Shown here piece after piece: positions 1-7,909 of a DNA stretch of 27,404 bases. This DNA is from a virus (Duplodnaviria; Caudoviricetes). The notes beneath the pieces were generated by a model, which made no database searches, was not told where the DNA came from, and saw nothing but the letters and a program-made list of their open reading frames with translations. The DNA lies in the IMG/VR virus record IMGVR_UViG_3300032053_000419, positions 1 to 27,404 of that record. One strand, 5' to 3'. A program made the translations under genes and the position numbers. The first letter of the stretch is position 1, and each line of letters opens with the position of its first letter.

Positions 1-1
1 A

Positions 2-196
2 TGCAGACAAGTCATTGCGTGCACGCCTGAGCTTCAAAATCCCTTCGAGACCTCTCAGACGACGCTCAACATGGATTGCGTTGACAAGCAGTTGCTGACA
101 GTCGTGGATTAACAATCCCTTCGAGACCGCTCAGAGAGCACGCAATGACTTGTCTGCAAAACCGATATTGCCACGACTGGACTTCAAAATCCCTTC
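2..196. repeat. Non-coding repeat cluster upstream of terS: 21-bp perfect inverted repeat plus three ~75-bp-spaced imperfect direct repeats
   Basis: 2-22 TGCAGACAAGTCATTGCGTGC is the exact reverse complement of 138-158. AATCCCTTCGAGACC[T/G]CTCAGA occurs at 38-59 and 114-135, CTTCAAAATCCCTTC at 32-46 and 182-196. CAGTCGTGG 99-107 and CCACGACTG 171-179 are inverted. Confidence 0.85.
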
Positions 197-292
197 CATT
201 CTCGAAACGGCCCTATCGCCGGGGGAGTGCGGGCGCAGGCGGAGACTGGACGCCTGCGGCCATCCGTCCAGGCGTGGGCAGACTGGGGCGCT

Positions 293-301
293 GGGTATAT
301 G
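293..301 (+). promoter_or_regulatory. Possible archaeal TATA box for a leaderless terS transcript
   Basis: TATAT at 296-300 in a GC-rich context, 26-30 nt upstream of ATG 326, which lacks an RBS. Confidence 0.3.
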
Positions 302-325
302 GGGGCAGCGGCCCTCTCCTACCAC

Positions 326-781
326 ATGGTGAGGCAGCGCAGACTCGGACCCGGTCACCCGACCCTCTACGACCCAGACCTGCACCCCGACTGGGCAGAG
401 GGGATGAGGAGGACGGGCTACACGATGGCGGAGCTGGCCGAGGCGATGCAGGTCTCGATCGAGACTCTCTACGCCTGGGCGCGAGAACACAAAGAATTCT
501 CTGAAGCCATCAAGGAGGGCCCAGTCGAGAGCATTGGCCGCGTCCGCCGCGCCCTGTTCCGCCGGGCCCTCGGCGGCGAGACGGTGACAGACGAGACGCA
601 GACTGGCGACGGTGGTTTCCGCTCCACGACCAGGGAGCTGGCTCCAGACGTGGCCGCTCAGAGGTTCTTCCTCATGAACGTCGACCGCAGGCACTGGACC
701 GAGAGGAGAGAGCTGGCCGGAGACGCGGGCGCCCCGATCGGCGTAATCGTCCTACCCTCGAAGAGGGGAGATCCGTCGTGA
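326..781 (+). CDS. terS: Terminase small subunit (HTH type)
   Basis: GHPTLYDP...LAEAMQVSIETLYAWAREHKEFSEAIKEG HTH pattern and AAQRFFLMN...W C-terminal motif typical of TerS; lies upstream of terL. ATG 326 preferred over GTG 227. Confidence 0.8.
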   Translation: MVRQRRLGPGHPTLYDPDLHPDWAEGMRRTGYTMAELAEAMQVSIETLYAWAREHKEFSEAIKEGPVESIGRVRRALFRRALGGETVTDETQTGDGGFRSTTRELAPDVAAQRFFLMNVDRRHWTERRELAGDAGAPIGVIVLPSKRGDPS

Positions 782-1026
782 CGGGGACCGCGTGGGGCAC
801 CAGGAACGTCCTCCCCCCTCTGGGCCAGGAGGGCGTCAAGACCAGGAGGGTATCGATCGCAGAGGCGCTCGCGCTGGCTGGCTCTCCCCTCCCCGTCGTG
901 TCGATGCCACGCTCCGTCGCCCGTTGGTTCGCCAGGATGGACGGGCGGCTCGCGCTGCTCGCGATGCGGCGCCGCGCAGAGATAGAGGGGGTGCAGGCGC
1001 CGTCGTGGACGACGGTGTTCGCGTAG
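778..1026 (+). CDS. Small hypothetical protein (82 aa)
   Basis: GTGA start/stop overlap with terS, preceded by GAGGGGAG. Confidence 0.5.
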   Translation: MTGTAWGTRNVLPPLGQEGVKTRRVSIAEALALAGSPLPVVSMPRSVARWFARMDGRLALLAMRRRAEIEGVQAPSWTTVFA

Positions 1027-1125
1027 AGCAAACGTCGACGCACCGCCCGCTGGTTTCTGAGACTAGTCGCTCTTCTGCTCTTGCCTCGCCGTAACGCCCC
1101 GACGGCTCCCACTCTCAGAACGCCT

Positions 1126-1133
1126 CATATACT
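1126..1133 (+). promoter_or_regulatory. Possible archaeal TATA-like box before terL
   Basis: CATATACT about 21-28 nt upstream of ATG 1154, in the 127-bp gap between the 82-aa ORF and terL. Confidence 0.25.
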
Positions 1134-1153
1134 ACGGCGGGTGCACACTGCAT

Positions 1154-2638
1154 ATGCCCTCTGGTGCTCGGGTCTGCTCAGACGCCGCGGTGCGAATCGA
1201 GCCGCAGCCCGGGCCTCAGACTGAGTTTCTTCGCTCCGCCGCCGACATTACCATCTACGGGGGCGCCGCTGGGGGAGGCAAGACGTTCGGCCTCCTGCTG
1301 GAGCCCCTCTACGGCGTTGGCACGCCCGGCTTCGGGTCCGTCATCTTCAGACGGACCTACCCAGAGATCACGGCGGAGGGCTCCCTGTGGGACACGTCGT
1401 TCCTGATCTACCCGATCTGCGGGGCGACCGCCAAGGAGACCGACCTGTCGTGGTCGTTCCCGCCGCACGGAGACACAGTCTCGTTCGCGCACGCCGAGCA
1501 CGAGAAGGACGTCTACAAGTACCAGGGGTCGCAGATCTGCATGATCGGCTTCGACCAGGTGGAGTCGTTCACCGAGTTCCAGTTCTTCTATCTCCTGAGC
1601 CGCAACAGGTCAGTCTGCGGCATTCGCCCCTGCGTCAGGGCGACGTGCAACCCCGACCCCGACTCGTGGGTCCACGGCTTCATCTCGTGGTGGCTCGACG
1701 CGGAGGGTCGCTTCCCAGACATAAGCAAGTCTGGCGCGATACGCTGGTTCGTCCGAGACGGCGATGACTTCGTCTGGGGCGGCACGAGGGCCGAGCTCCT
1801 CGAGACGCACCCCGGGCGCGACCCCAAGTCGGTCTCCTTCATCCCAGCCAGTCTGGTCGACAACCCAGCCCTCGAGACGGTCGACCCGGGCTATAGGGGG
1901 CGGCTGGACGCGATGCCCCTGGTGGACAGGGCCCGCCTGCTCTACGGGGACTGGAGCATACGCGTAGCCGCTGGCAACATGTTTCGTCGTGAGTGGTTCG
2001 CCGTGGTCGAGGGCGTGCCGTCTGGGATGCGCACCACGAGGTGCTGGGACCTCGCCGCGACGGAGCCGTCCTCCTCGAACCGCGACCCCGACTACACGGT
2101 CGGCCTCCTCTACGGGGCGCACGAGGGCCTCTTCTACGCGCTCGACGTCGTCCGCGTTAGGGCGAACCCGGGCAACGTAGAGGGCGTCGTCAAGCACACG
2201 GCGACGGTGGACGGCTACGGCGTGGAGATTGGGTTCGAGCAGGAGGGGGGCAGCGCGGGCAAGGGCGTCATCGAGCACTACGCCCGAGACGTGCTGCCAG
2301 GATACGTCGTCTTCGGGGAGCGCCCGACTGGGGACAAGGCCACCAGGGCGATGCTGCCCTCTGCGGCGGCCCAGCACGGGCTCATCCGCCTCGTCAGGGG
2401 CGCGTGGAATCACTCGTTCCTCTCCGAGCTCGAGGCGTTCCCGACGAACGGAGTGCACGACGATCAGGTCGACGCCCTCTCGCTGGCGCACGAGCACCTG
2501 TCGAGGGGGTACGGCCAGCAGCCGGGCTCGCCCGTCCCGCAGGCGTCGATTCAGGCCACGATGCTGGCGAGGGGCATACCGAGCATGAGAACAGACTATG
2601 AACCGCCCACGGGGGGCGGAGCACCGAGGATGAGATAA
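1154..2638 (+). CDS. terL: Terminase large subunit (Terminase_6-like ATPase + RNase H nuclease)
   Basis: PQPGPQ adenine-binding motif, Walker A GGAAGGGKT, Walker B-like IGFDQ, ATCNP motif III, nuclease WDLA...DYTVG...HDDQVDALS. Confidence 0.95.
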   Translation: MPSGARVCSDAAVRIEPQPGPQTEFLRSAADITIYGGAAGGGKTFGLLLEPLYGVGTPGFGSVIFRRTYPEITAEGSLWDTSFLIYPICGATAKETDLSWSFPPHGDTVSFAHAEHEKDVYKYQGSQICMIGFDQVESFTEFQFFYLLSRNRSVCGIRPCVRATCNPDPDSWVHGFISWWLDAEGRFPDISKSGAIRWFVRDGDDFVWGGTRAELLETHPGRDPKSVSFIPASLVDNPALETVDPGYRGRLDAMPLVDRARLLYGDWSIRVAAGNMFRREWFAVVEGVPSGMRTTRCWDLAATEPSSSNRDPDYTVGLLYGAHEGLFYALDVVRVRANPGNVEGVVKHTATVDGYGVEIGFEQEGGSAGKGVIEHYARDVLPGYVVFGERPTGDKATRAMLPSAAAQHGLIRLVRGAWNHSFLSELEAFPTNGVHDDQVDALSLAHEHLSRGYGQQPGSPVPQASIQATMLARGIPSMRTDYEPPTGGGAPRMR

Positions 2639-2824
2639 ATGGACATTCGTGGGGGGCTCAGCGGCCTCGATCTCTTGGGAGTCTCTATCGAGTCCGTGGA
2701 GACCGAGCGGACAGCAGAGGGAATCGCGATCGATATTTACGCGTCCGTCGAGGACTGGGGAGCACGGGCCGCCGACGCCATAGGGCGCGTCCTCTCGGGA
2801 CTCAATGAGGGGGTGGAGGCGTGA
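2639..2824 (+). CDS. Small acidic hypothetical protein (61 aa)
   Basis: Abuts the terL stop (TAA-ATG) and overlaps the portal start (GTGA). Confidence 0.55.
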   Translation: MDIRGGLSGLDLLGVSIESVETERTAEGIAIDIYASVEDWGARAADAIGRVLSGLNEGVEA

Positions 2825-4497
2825 GGCCACAGGAGAAGGAGACGGATACGAGTCAGGCGCGTCTGGGGAAGCGGGCGAACGCGACGACGCTGGCGCCCGC
2901 GGCGATGGTGCCCTACACGGGCTTCACGACGCAACTGCCGAGGGGGATGAAGGACACGGACATGTCCCCGAGGATGACGGGGTCCACGTCCCTCGAGGGC
3001 GTCTACTACGTCCCCTCGTGGCTGCCACAGTATAGCTTCGTCTCGTGGCTCCAACTCAACGAGGAGGTCACGGCGCACAAGATCTATAACCTCCTGAACC
3101 ACTGGGCGATGAAGGGCGTCCTGGTGAAGCAGATGAACATGATCTTCTCGGAGACGCCCGACTCGCGCATCCGGATTCGGGTCGTCGACGAGGCGGGGAA
3201 GATCGACGACACGGCGACCGAGCTCCAGCACAGGCTGAACCAGATGATGCTCACCTCTCCGAGGGTCGACCTCGTGCGGAAGATGAGGTTCTCCTTCGCC
3301 GACGTCTTCGGCTACGGGATGGGCATCTACTCGTGGCAGTGGAAGCGCCACGGGAGCGAGCTGTGCCTCGACGCGCTGGTCAGGCTGCCGTCCCACTCGT
3401 TCGACTACCCACCGATCGGGCAGCCCCTCGTCTTCAGCCCCATCCTACAGGGCGTCACCCTCGAGCGCGACCCGCAGACGGGCCTGAACACGGGGAAGTT
3501 GCAGTTCTGGCAGCGCCAGTCTGTATTTAACTTCTACCCGATGCTCCTCGACTCCGACTCGCTCTTCTGGCTCAGAGACCCGATCGGCCACGAGCTCGCC
3601 GGCGAGCCCATCTGCAAGCCGATTATCCCCCTCTGCGAGATGATGACCTACTCGATGAACTCCCACATGCAGTATATCAACCGCAAGGGGGCTCCGTGGT
3701 TCTTCGTCAAGGTCACGAACCCGCAGGGGGCGTCGGCGATCAACGGCTTCGTCGACGACATCTCCTACGCGAACACCATCCTCCAGTACGCCAGCAAGGA
3801 CAACCGCTACGTCTTGAGGCCCAACATGACGGTCGAGTCGGTCGACTTCGGGGACACGACCGGGTCCGAGCTAGCCGGGCTGTCGACGGTGCAGGCGCTG
3901 AACCAGATCATCGTGGACTACTTCAGCCCGAAGGAGAGCGTCCAGCCGCAACAGGGGCCGAGCCTCGGGGCGTCCACCGCGGGGGCCACCTCCCTCTATA
4001 ACGTCTACGTGGACGCGATGCGGGCGTGGCTCAGCAGGGAGTGGAGCCGCATCCCACAGTGGTACATCGACGCGAACGGCTTCGAGGGCTATCAGGCGAT
4101 CATCGAGTTCCCGACGGGAGAGGCCGACCCGGGCGACCTGAGGGCGAAGCAGGCCGCGGCGGGCGCCCTCACCGGGATAGCGCCTCCGCTACAGGTCCTC
4201 GAGAAGCTCGGCTATGAGATCGACATCCCCGAGGACGTATACGGCGAGGGGGACGAGGCCGTCGAGGCCTACCTCCTTCAGAACGCCGAGTTCTGGGGGA
4301 AGGTGAACACCGCGCTGGGCAGGGCGCCGGGCGCCCAGCCGGGCGGGTTCGGGGGCCAGCCCGGGGGCCAGCAGACGGCCCTCCGCGCCATCGCCGACGG
4401 CACCGTGGAGGAGCGCGTGGTCGCGGACGCCCGCGCGGAGATCGCCCGACTAAGGGACAAACTCTATAACGACGTCGAGAGGGCGCTGCACAGATGA
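2821..4497 (+). CDS. Portal protein (DUF935/Mu gp29-like by position and size)
   Basis: 558 aa between terL and MuF; D(VF)GYGMGI-type portal segment; GGGTGGAGG RBS. Confidence 0.75.
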   Translation: MRPQEKETDTSQARLGKRANATTLAPAAMVPYTGFTTQLPRGMKDTDMSPRMTGSTSLEGVYYVPSWLPQYSFVSWLQLNEEVTAHKIYNLLNHWAMKGVLVKQMNMIFSETPDSRIRIRVVDEAGKIDDTATELQHRLNQMMLTSPRVDLVRKMRFSFADVFGYGMGIYSWQWKRHGSELCLDALVRLPSHSFDYPPIGQPLVFSPILQGVTLERDPQTGLNTGKLQFWQRQSVFNFYPMLLDSDSLFWLRDPIGHELAGEPICKPIIPLCEMMTYSMNSHMQYINRKGAPWFFVKVTNPQGASAINGFVDDISYANTILQYASKDNRYVLRPNMTVESVDFGDTTGSELAGLSTVQALNQIIVDYFSPKESVQPQQGPSLGASTAGATSLYNVYVDAMRAWLSREWSRIPQWYIDANGFEGYQAIIEFPTGEADPGDLRAKQAAAGALTGIAPPLQVLEKLGYEIDIPEDVYGEGDEAVEAYLLQNAEFWGKVNTALGRAPGAQPGGFGGQPGGQQTALRAIADGTVEERVVADARAEIARLRDKLYNDVERALHR

Positions 4498-4631
4498 GAC
4501 AGATCATTGACCTCGGGTCCACCACGGACGGCGGGAGGCACTACGCCGAGTTCGACGGGGAGCGCACGGCCCCAGTGCAGTCGTGGACGTGGCCCTCGGC
4601 AAAGATAGTGGTCGAGGTGACCGAGACGTGA
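4494..4631 (+). CDS. Small hypothetical protein (45 aa, MRQIIDLG...VVEVTET), absent from the ORF track
   Basis: ATGA overlap with the portal stop and GTGA overlap with the MuF start; exactly fills the gap. Confidence 0.55.
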   Translation: MRQIIDLGSTTDGGRHYAEFDGERTAPVQSWTWPSAKIVVEVTET

Positions 4632-6217
4632 TTCGCGCCGTCGCCCGCGCGGCCGGCCCGAGTGGACGGGCGAGCCCGCTGGTCAAGCCGGCGGTGGTCA
4701 GGGCGATAGGCATGGCCTTCGAGGAGTATCAGTCGGGCCTCTCGAAGACCCTCGCCAGGGCGGGCATCGACGCCTACCTCGTCGGCGACAGGCGCGGGGC
4801 CGTCAGGCTGGGAGCAGACTACGAGGAGCTGAACTACGCCGCCGCGGAGGCCTTCGCCCAGAGGTATCGCGACGACATGGAGACGCGGGGCGGCACGACG
4901 ATACGCGGGGAGTTTGTCCCGTGGATCAGGGACGGCGCCGAGGCCACGAGGTCGGCCGTCGTGGACGCGATCGAGGAGGGCGTCCGCTCCGGGAAGGGCA
5001 GTCGGGCGATAGCCCGCGACCTCAGGGGCGTCATCGACGAGGAGGCGCACGACCCCGCGCTGGTGGCGCAGACGGAGATGTCGCGCCTGGTCCACGTGGG
5101 GGAGCACCAGAGATACGTGGACGAGGGCGTCTCCTTCGTCGACTGGCTCCTCGGCGACAAGACGTGTCCCGAGTGCATGGACATCGCGATGGCCGACGTG
5201 GGCTACGGCCCCGGGCGCTACCCGATCGACGAGTGCCCCGAGATCCCGGTCCACCCGAAGTGCGAGTGCGACACCAAGGCCGTCCAGAGGGGTCAGGAGA
5301 GCACGCTCCGCGCTCACGTCTTCGAACCGGGCCACGAGGCCTACAACCCGGACATGTCCCGCGACGAGGAGGGCAAGTGGTCCGGTGGAGGGGGCGCGTC
5401 GACGCCCGTCTCGCGCGTCGGCAAGGCGTGGGTGCTCGCCGACGGAACTCCCGCGCCGGGGCACGTCCAGGCCCTCGGGATACCCCCGGCGTGGACAGAC
5501 GTGGTCGTCGACCCGAACCCCGACGCCGACCTCGTGGCGAAGGGGCACGACTCGAAGGGGCGGACCCAGTACATCTACTCCGAGCGCTACGACTCCGAGC
5601 AGCAGGCGGCGAAGTTCGCGAGGGTCTCCGAGATGGCCGACAGGTTCGACGAGATCCGGGCCCAGAACGAGGCGAACAGGGGGACGGAGGAGGCCGACCT
5701 GACCGCCCTCGTCATGTCGACCGGCATCCGCCCGGGCAGCGAGAAGGACACGAGGGGCGACGTCAGGGCCTACGGCGCGACGACCCTCGAGGGCAGGCAC
5801 GTGGTCGTCACCGAGGAGGGCGTGAGGCTCCAGTTCGTGGGCAAGAAGGGCGTCGACCTCGACATCCCCGTGGAGGACAAGTCAGTGGCCGATATGCTCG
5901 TCGAGCGGGCGGGGGCCGCCGGCGCCGACGGGCAGCTCTTCCCTACAGTCGGCCCGAGCGAGCTCTCAGACTACGTGCACGGGCTGAACGGCGGCGGCTT
6001 CAAGACGAAGGACTTCCGCACCGCGCTGGGCACGTCGACGGCCAGGGACCTCGTGGCCCGCACTGAGGCGCCCACGTCCAAGACGGCGTACAAGAGGGCG
6101 GTGCGGGGCGTGGCCAAGGCCGTCGCGGCCAGGCTGGGCAACACGCCGACCGTCGCGCTCCAGAGATACATCGCGCCAGAGGTATTCACCCCCTGGAGGG
6201 AGGCCGCGCATGTTTGA
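4628..6217 (+). CDS. MuF (SPP1 gp7-like) minor head protein fused to a C-terminal DNA topoisomerase IB domain
   Basis: MuF: AQTE...W...DKTCPEC...PVHPKCEC. TopIB: IPPAWTDV, GHDSKGRTQYIY, GIRPG (R), FVGKKG (K), KDFRT (R), LGNT (N), RYI (Y). GTG 4628 follows a GAGGTGA RBS. Confidence 0.9.
   Translation: MIRAVARAAGPSGRASPLVKPAVVRAIGMAFEEYQSGLSKTLARAGIDAYLVGDRRGAVRLGADYEELNYAAAEAFAQRYRDDMETRGGTTIRGEFVPWIRDGAEATRSAVVDAIEEGVRSGKGSRAIARDLRGVIDEEAHDPALVAQTEMSRLVHVGEHQRYVDEGVSFVDWLLGDKTCPECMDIAMADVGYGPGRYPIDECPEIPVHPKCECDTKAVQRGQESTLRAHVFEPGHEAYNPDMSRDEEGKWSGGGGASTPVSRVGKAWVLADGTPAPGHVQALGIPPAWTDVVVDPNPDADLVAKGHDSKGRTQYIYSERYDSEQQAAKFARVSEMADRFDEIRAQNEANRGTEEADLTALVMSTGIRPGSEKDTRGDVRAYGATTLEGRHVVVTEEGVRLQFVGKKGVDLDIPVEDKSVADMLVERAGAAGADGQLFPTVGPSELSDYVHGLNGGGFKTKDFRTALGTSTARDLVARTEAPTSKTAYKRAVRGVAKAVAARLGNTPTVALQRYIAPEVFTPWREAAHV
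5321..5395 (+). repeat. Peptide tag copy 1 (FEPGHEAYNPDMSRDEEGKWSGGGG)
   Basis: Lies between the MuF and TopIB domains; homologous to copies at 6375, 7130 and 7975. Confidence 0.95.
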
Positions 6218-7070
6218 TTACGACGTCCACCACGGCGCCGTCCGCGGGCGGCCCGTCGACTGGAGGAGCGCCCCCGATCCCGACCCCGAGGACGACGACG
6301 AGCTGCTGGCCGCCACCCCGGCGGGCGTGATCGCCACCCTCGGCTTCGACCCGATCGAGTCGCGGACTCACAGGTTCGAGCCCGGCCACGAGCCATACAA
6401 TCCAGACATGGGTCGAGACGAGAAGGGTCGTTTCACCTCTGGAGGAGGTGGCGGGGCCAGCCTGGTGAGGGGTGGCAAGCTCCGCGACTTCAGAGACATG
6501 TTCGCGGACAAGGACCTCGACTACGTGGAGCGAGCCACGATCTATGACTACATAGGCAGCGGCGGGGTGAGGTCGGCCACGATCAACCGCGAGCTGCGCG
6601 GCGGGCGCCTTGGCGCGAACACCAAGGAGGACGTGAAGGTCCTCGACGCGGCCATCGCCAAGACCACGCTCGACCCGAGCGAGCTCGAGGACCCGACCCT
6701 CTACAGGGGCATCGACATCGCCCACCTGAGCGAGGCCCTCGGGCGCGAGCCGCGGCCGGGCGACGTGATAGTCGACAAGGCCTACCAGAGCACGACGACG
6801 GACCGCAGCTGGGCCGTCAGGACGTTCGGTAGGACCAACTTCGCGAGGGACGGCAGCCCGATCCCCCCGACGGGAGATGAATACACGGTCCTCGAGATCC
6901 ACCCGACCGAGCCGATCCACGCCGTCTACAACAAGGAGGAGGATGAGGTGATCATGCCGAGGGGCACCGCGTTCAGGATAACCGGCGTCGAGACCCGCGA
7001 CGAGAGGGTATGGCCCACCATACCCGAGACGAGGCGCGTCACCGTCGTCAGGTGCGAGGTGGCGAGATGA
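6210..7070 (+). CDS. Tagged ADP-ribosyltransferase (VIP2/C2-like R-S-E class) with an acidic N-terminal segment
   Basis: Y...INRELR helix, LYRG (R), YQSTT (S), EEDEV (ExE), PRGTAFRI; GGAGG RBS. Confidence 0.88.
   Translation: MFDYDVHHGAVRGRPVDWRSAPDPDPEDDDELLAATPAGVIATLGFDPIESRTHRFEPGHEPYNPDMGRDEKGRFTSGGGGGASLVRGGKLRDFRDMFADKDLDYVERATIYDYIGSGGVRSATINRELRGGRLGANTKEDVKVLDAAIAKTTLDPSELEDPTLYRGIDIAHLSEALGREPRPGDVIVDKAYQSTTTDRSWAVRTFGRTNFARDGSPIPPTGDEYTVLEIHPTEPIHAVYNKEEDEVIMPRGTAFRITGVETRDERVWPTIPETRRVTVVRCEVAR
6375..6449 (+). repeat. Peptide tag copy 2 (FEPGHEPYNPDMGRDEKGRFTSGGG)
   Basis: Directly precedes the ART domain. Confidence 0.95.
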
Positions 7071-7909
7071 TAGAGGCGGAGAGGTTCATGGGGCTCTACG
7101 AGCCGGTCGGGGAGTCCGAGGAGAACGTCTTCCAGCCCGGTCACGAGCCGTTCAACCCCGACCAGGGGCGGGACGAGGGGGGGAAGTTCTCACCGGGTGG
7201 GGACGGAGGGTCGTCGCCGCCCATGCCCCCGGTCGACGCTTTCTATGGGCAGGTGATCACGCGCGAGAGGGAATACGACGTGCCAGGCAAGGAATACGCG
7301 TTGGCTCAGGAGAAGGAGTTCGGCCTCAAGAAGACCAAGCTCCAGCCTGAAGACGAGGAGGCCGTCAAGTTCTATGCCGCTAAGAAGGACCCCTCTGGTA
7401 AGAAGGACACGGAGCAGCTCGGCTATCGCAGAATGAACAACCAGATGAGGGGGAAGGCCGACCCCACGCCCGAGGTCCAAGAGAAGATCGAGGCAATGAA
7501 GGGCGTCGTGGACAAGTCCCCACCCCTGCCAGAGGGCGTCCAGCTCTTCAGGGGGATAGGAGACGACCACTCCGAGACCCTCTACGGTATGAAGGTCGGC
7601 GACGTGTGTGAGGACAAGGGGTTCCAGTCGTGGACCCTGAACCCGAACACGGCGAACGCCTTCACGGGCTACGTCACGGAGGCGGGGGCGGGCGTTCTCG
7701 ACCCAGATTGGCAGGCGGCCAAGCCGGTGATGCGCCTCGTCGGGGACGGCGCGACGAGGGGATTCTACTACAGAGGTGGCTCGGAGAACGAGATGATAAT
7801 CAACCCAAGCCAACTGCGCGTCGTTCGCGTGGACGACGTGAGGCAAACAATGAAGCGGGAAGGCAAGGGCTTCGTCTACTGGAAGGTGTTCACAGTGGAG
7901 GTGGCGTGA
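7067..7909 (+). CDS. Second tagged ADP-ribosyltransferase (VIP2-like R-S-E class), 280 aa
   Basis: YRRMNNQMRG, LFRG, DKGFQSWT, SENEM (ExE). Start ATG 7067 has an ATGA overlap and GAGGTGG RBS, so it is preferred over 7010. Confidence 0.85.
   Translation: MIEAERFMGLYEPVGESEENVFQPGHEPFNPDQGRDEGGKFSPGGDGGSSPPMPPVDAFYGQVITREREYDVPGKEYALAQEKEFGLKKTKLQPEDEEAVKFYAAKKDPSGKKDTEQLGYRRMNNQMRGKADPTPEVQEKIEAMKGVVDKSPPLPEGVQLFRGIGDDHSETLYGMKVGDVCEDKGFQSWTLNPNTANAFTGYVTEAGAGVLDPDWQAAKPVMRLVGDGATRGFYYRGGSENEMIINPSQLRVVRVDDVRQTMKREGKGFVYWKVFTVEVA
7130..7204 (+). repeat. Peptide tag copy 3 (FQPGHEPFNPDQGRDEGGKFSPGGD)
   Basis: Begins at codon 22 of the gene, before the ART domain. Confidence 0.95.

Noticed and set aside
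31-210. Bona fide CRISPR array
   Set aside because: Only three degenerate units, the intervening segments contain mutual inverted repeats, and there are no cas genes in the window; kept only as an alternative hypothesis
1154-2638. Intein or intron in terL
   Set aside because: Normal length and contiguous motifs; no splicing signatures
4921-6066. 381-aa Arg/Gly-rich alternative-frame ORF
   Set aside because: Overlaps MuF-TopIB entirely; composition is typical of an off-frame GC-rich read
5396-6217. Tyrosine integrase indicating an integration module
   Set aside because: Motifs (IPPAW, GRxQYxY, KDFRT, GNT) are specific to TopIB rather than to the HxxR/HxxY pattern of integrases
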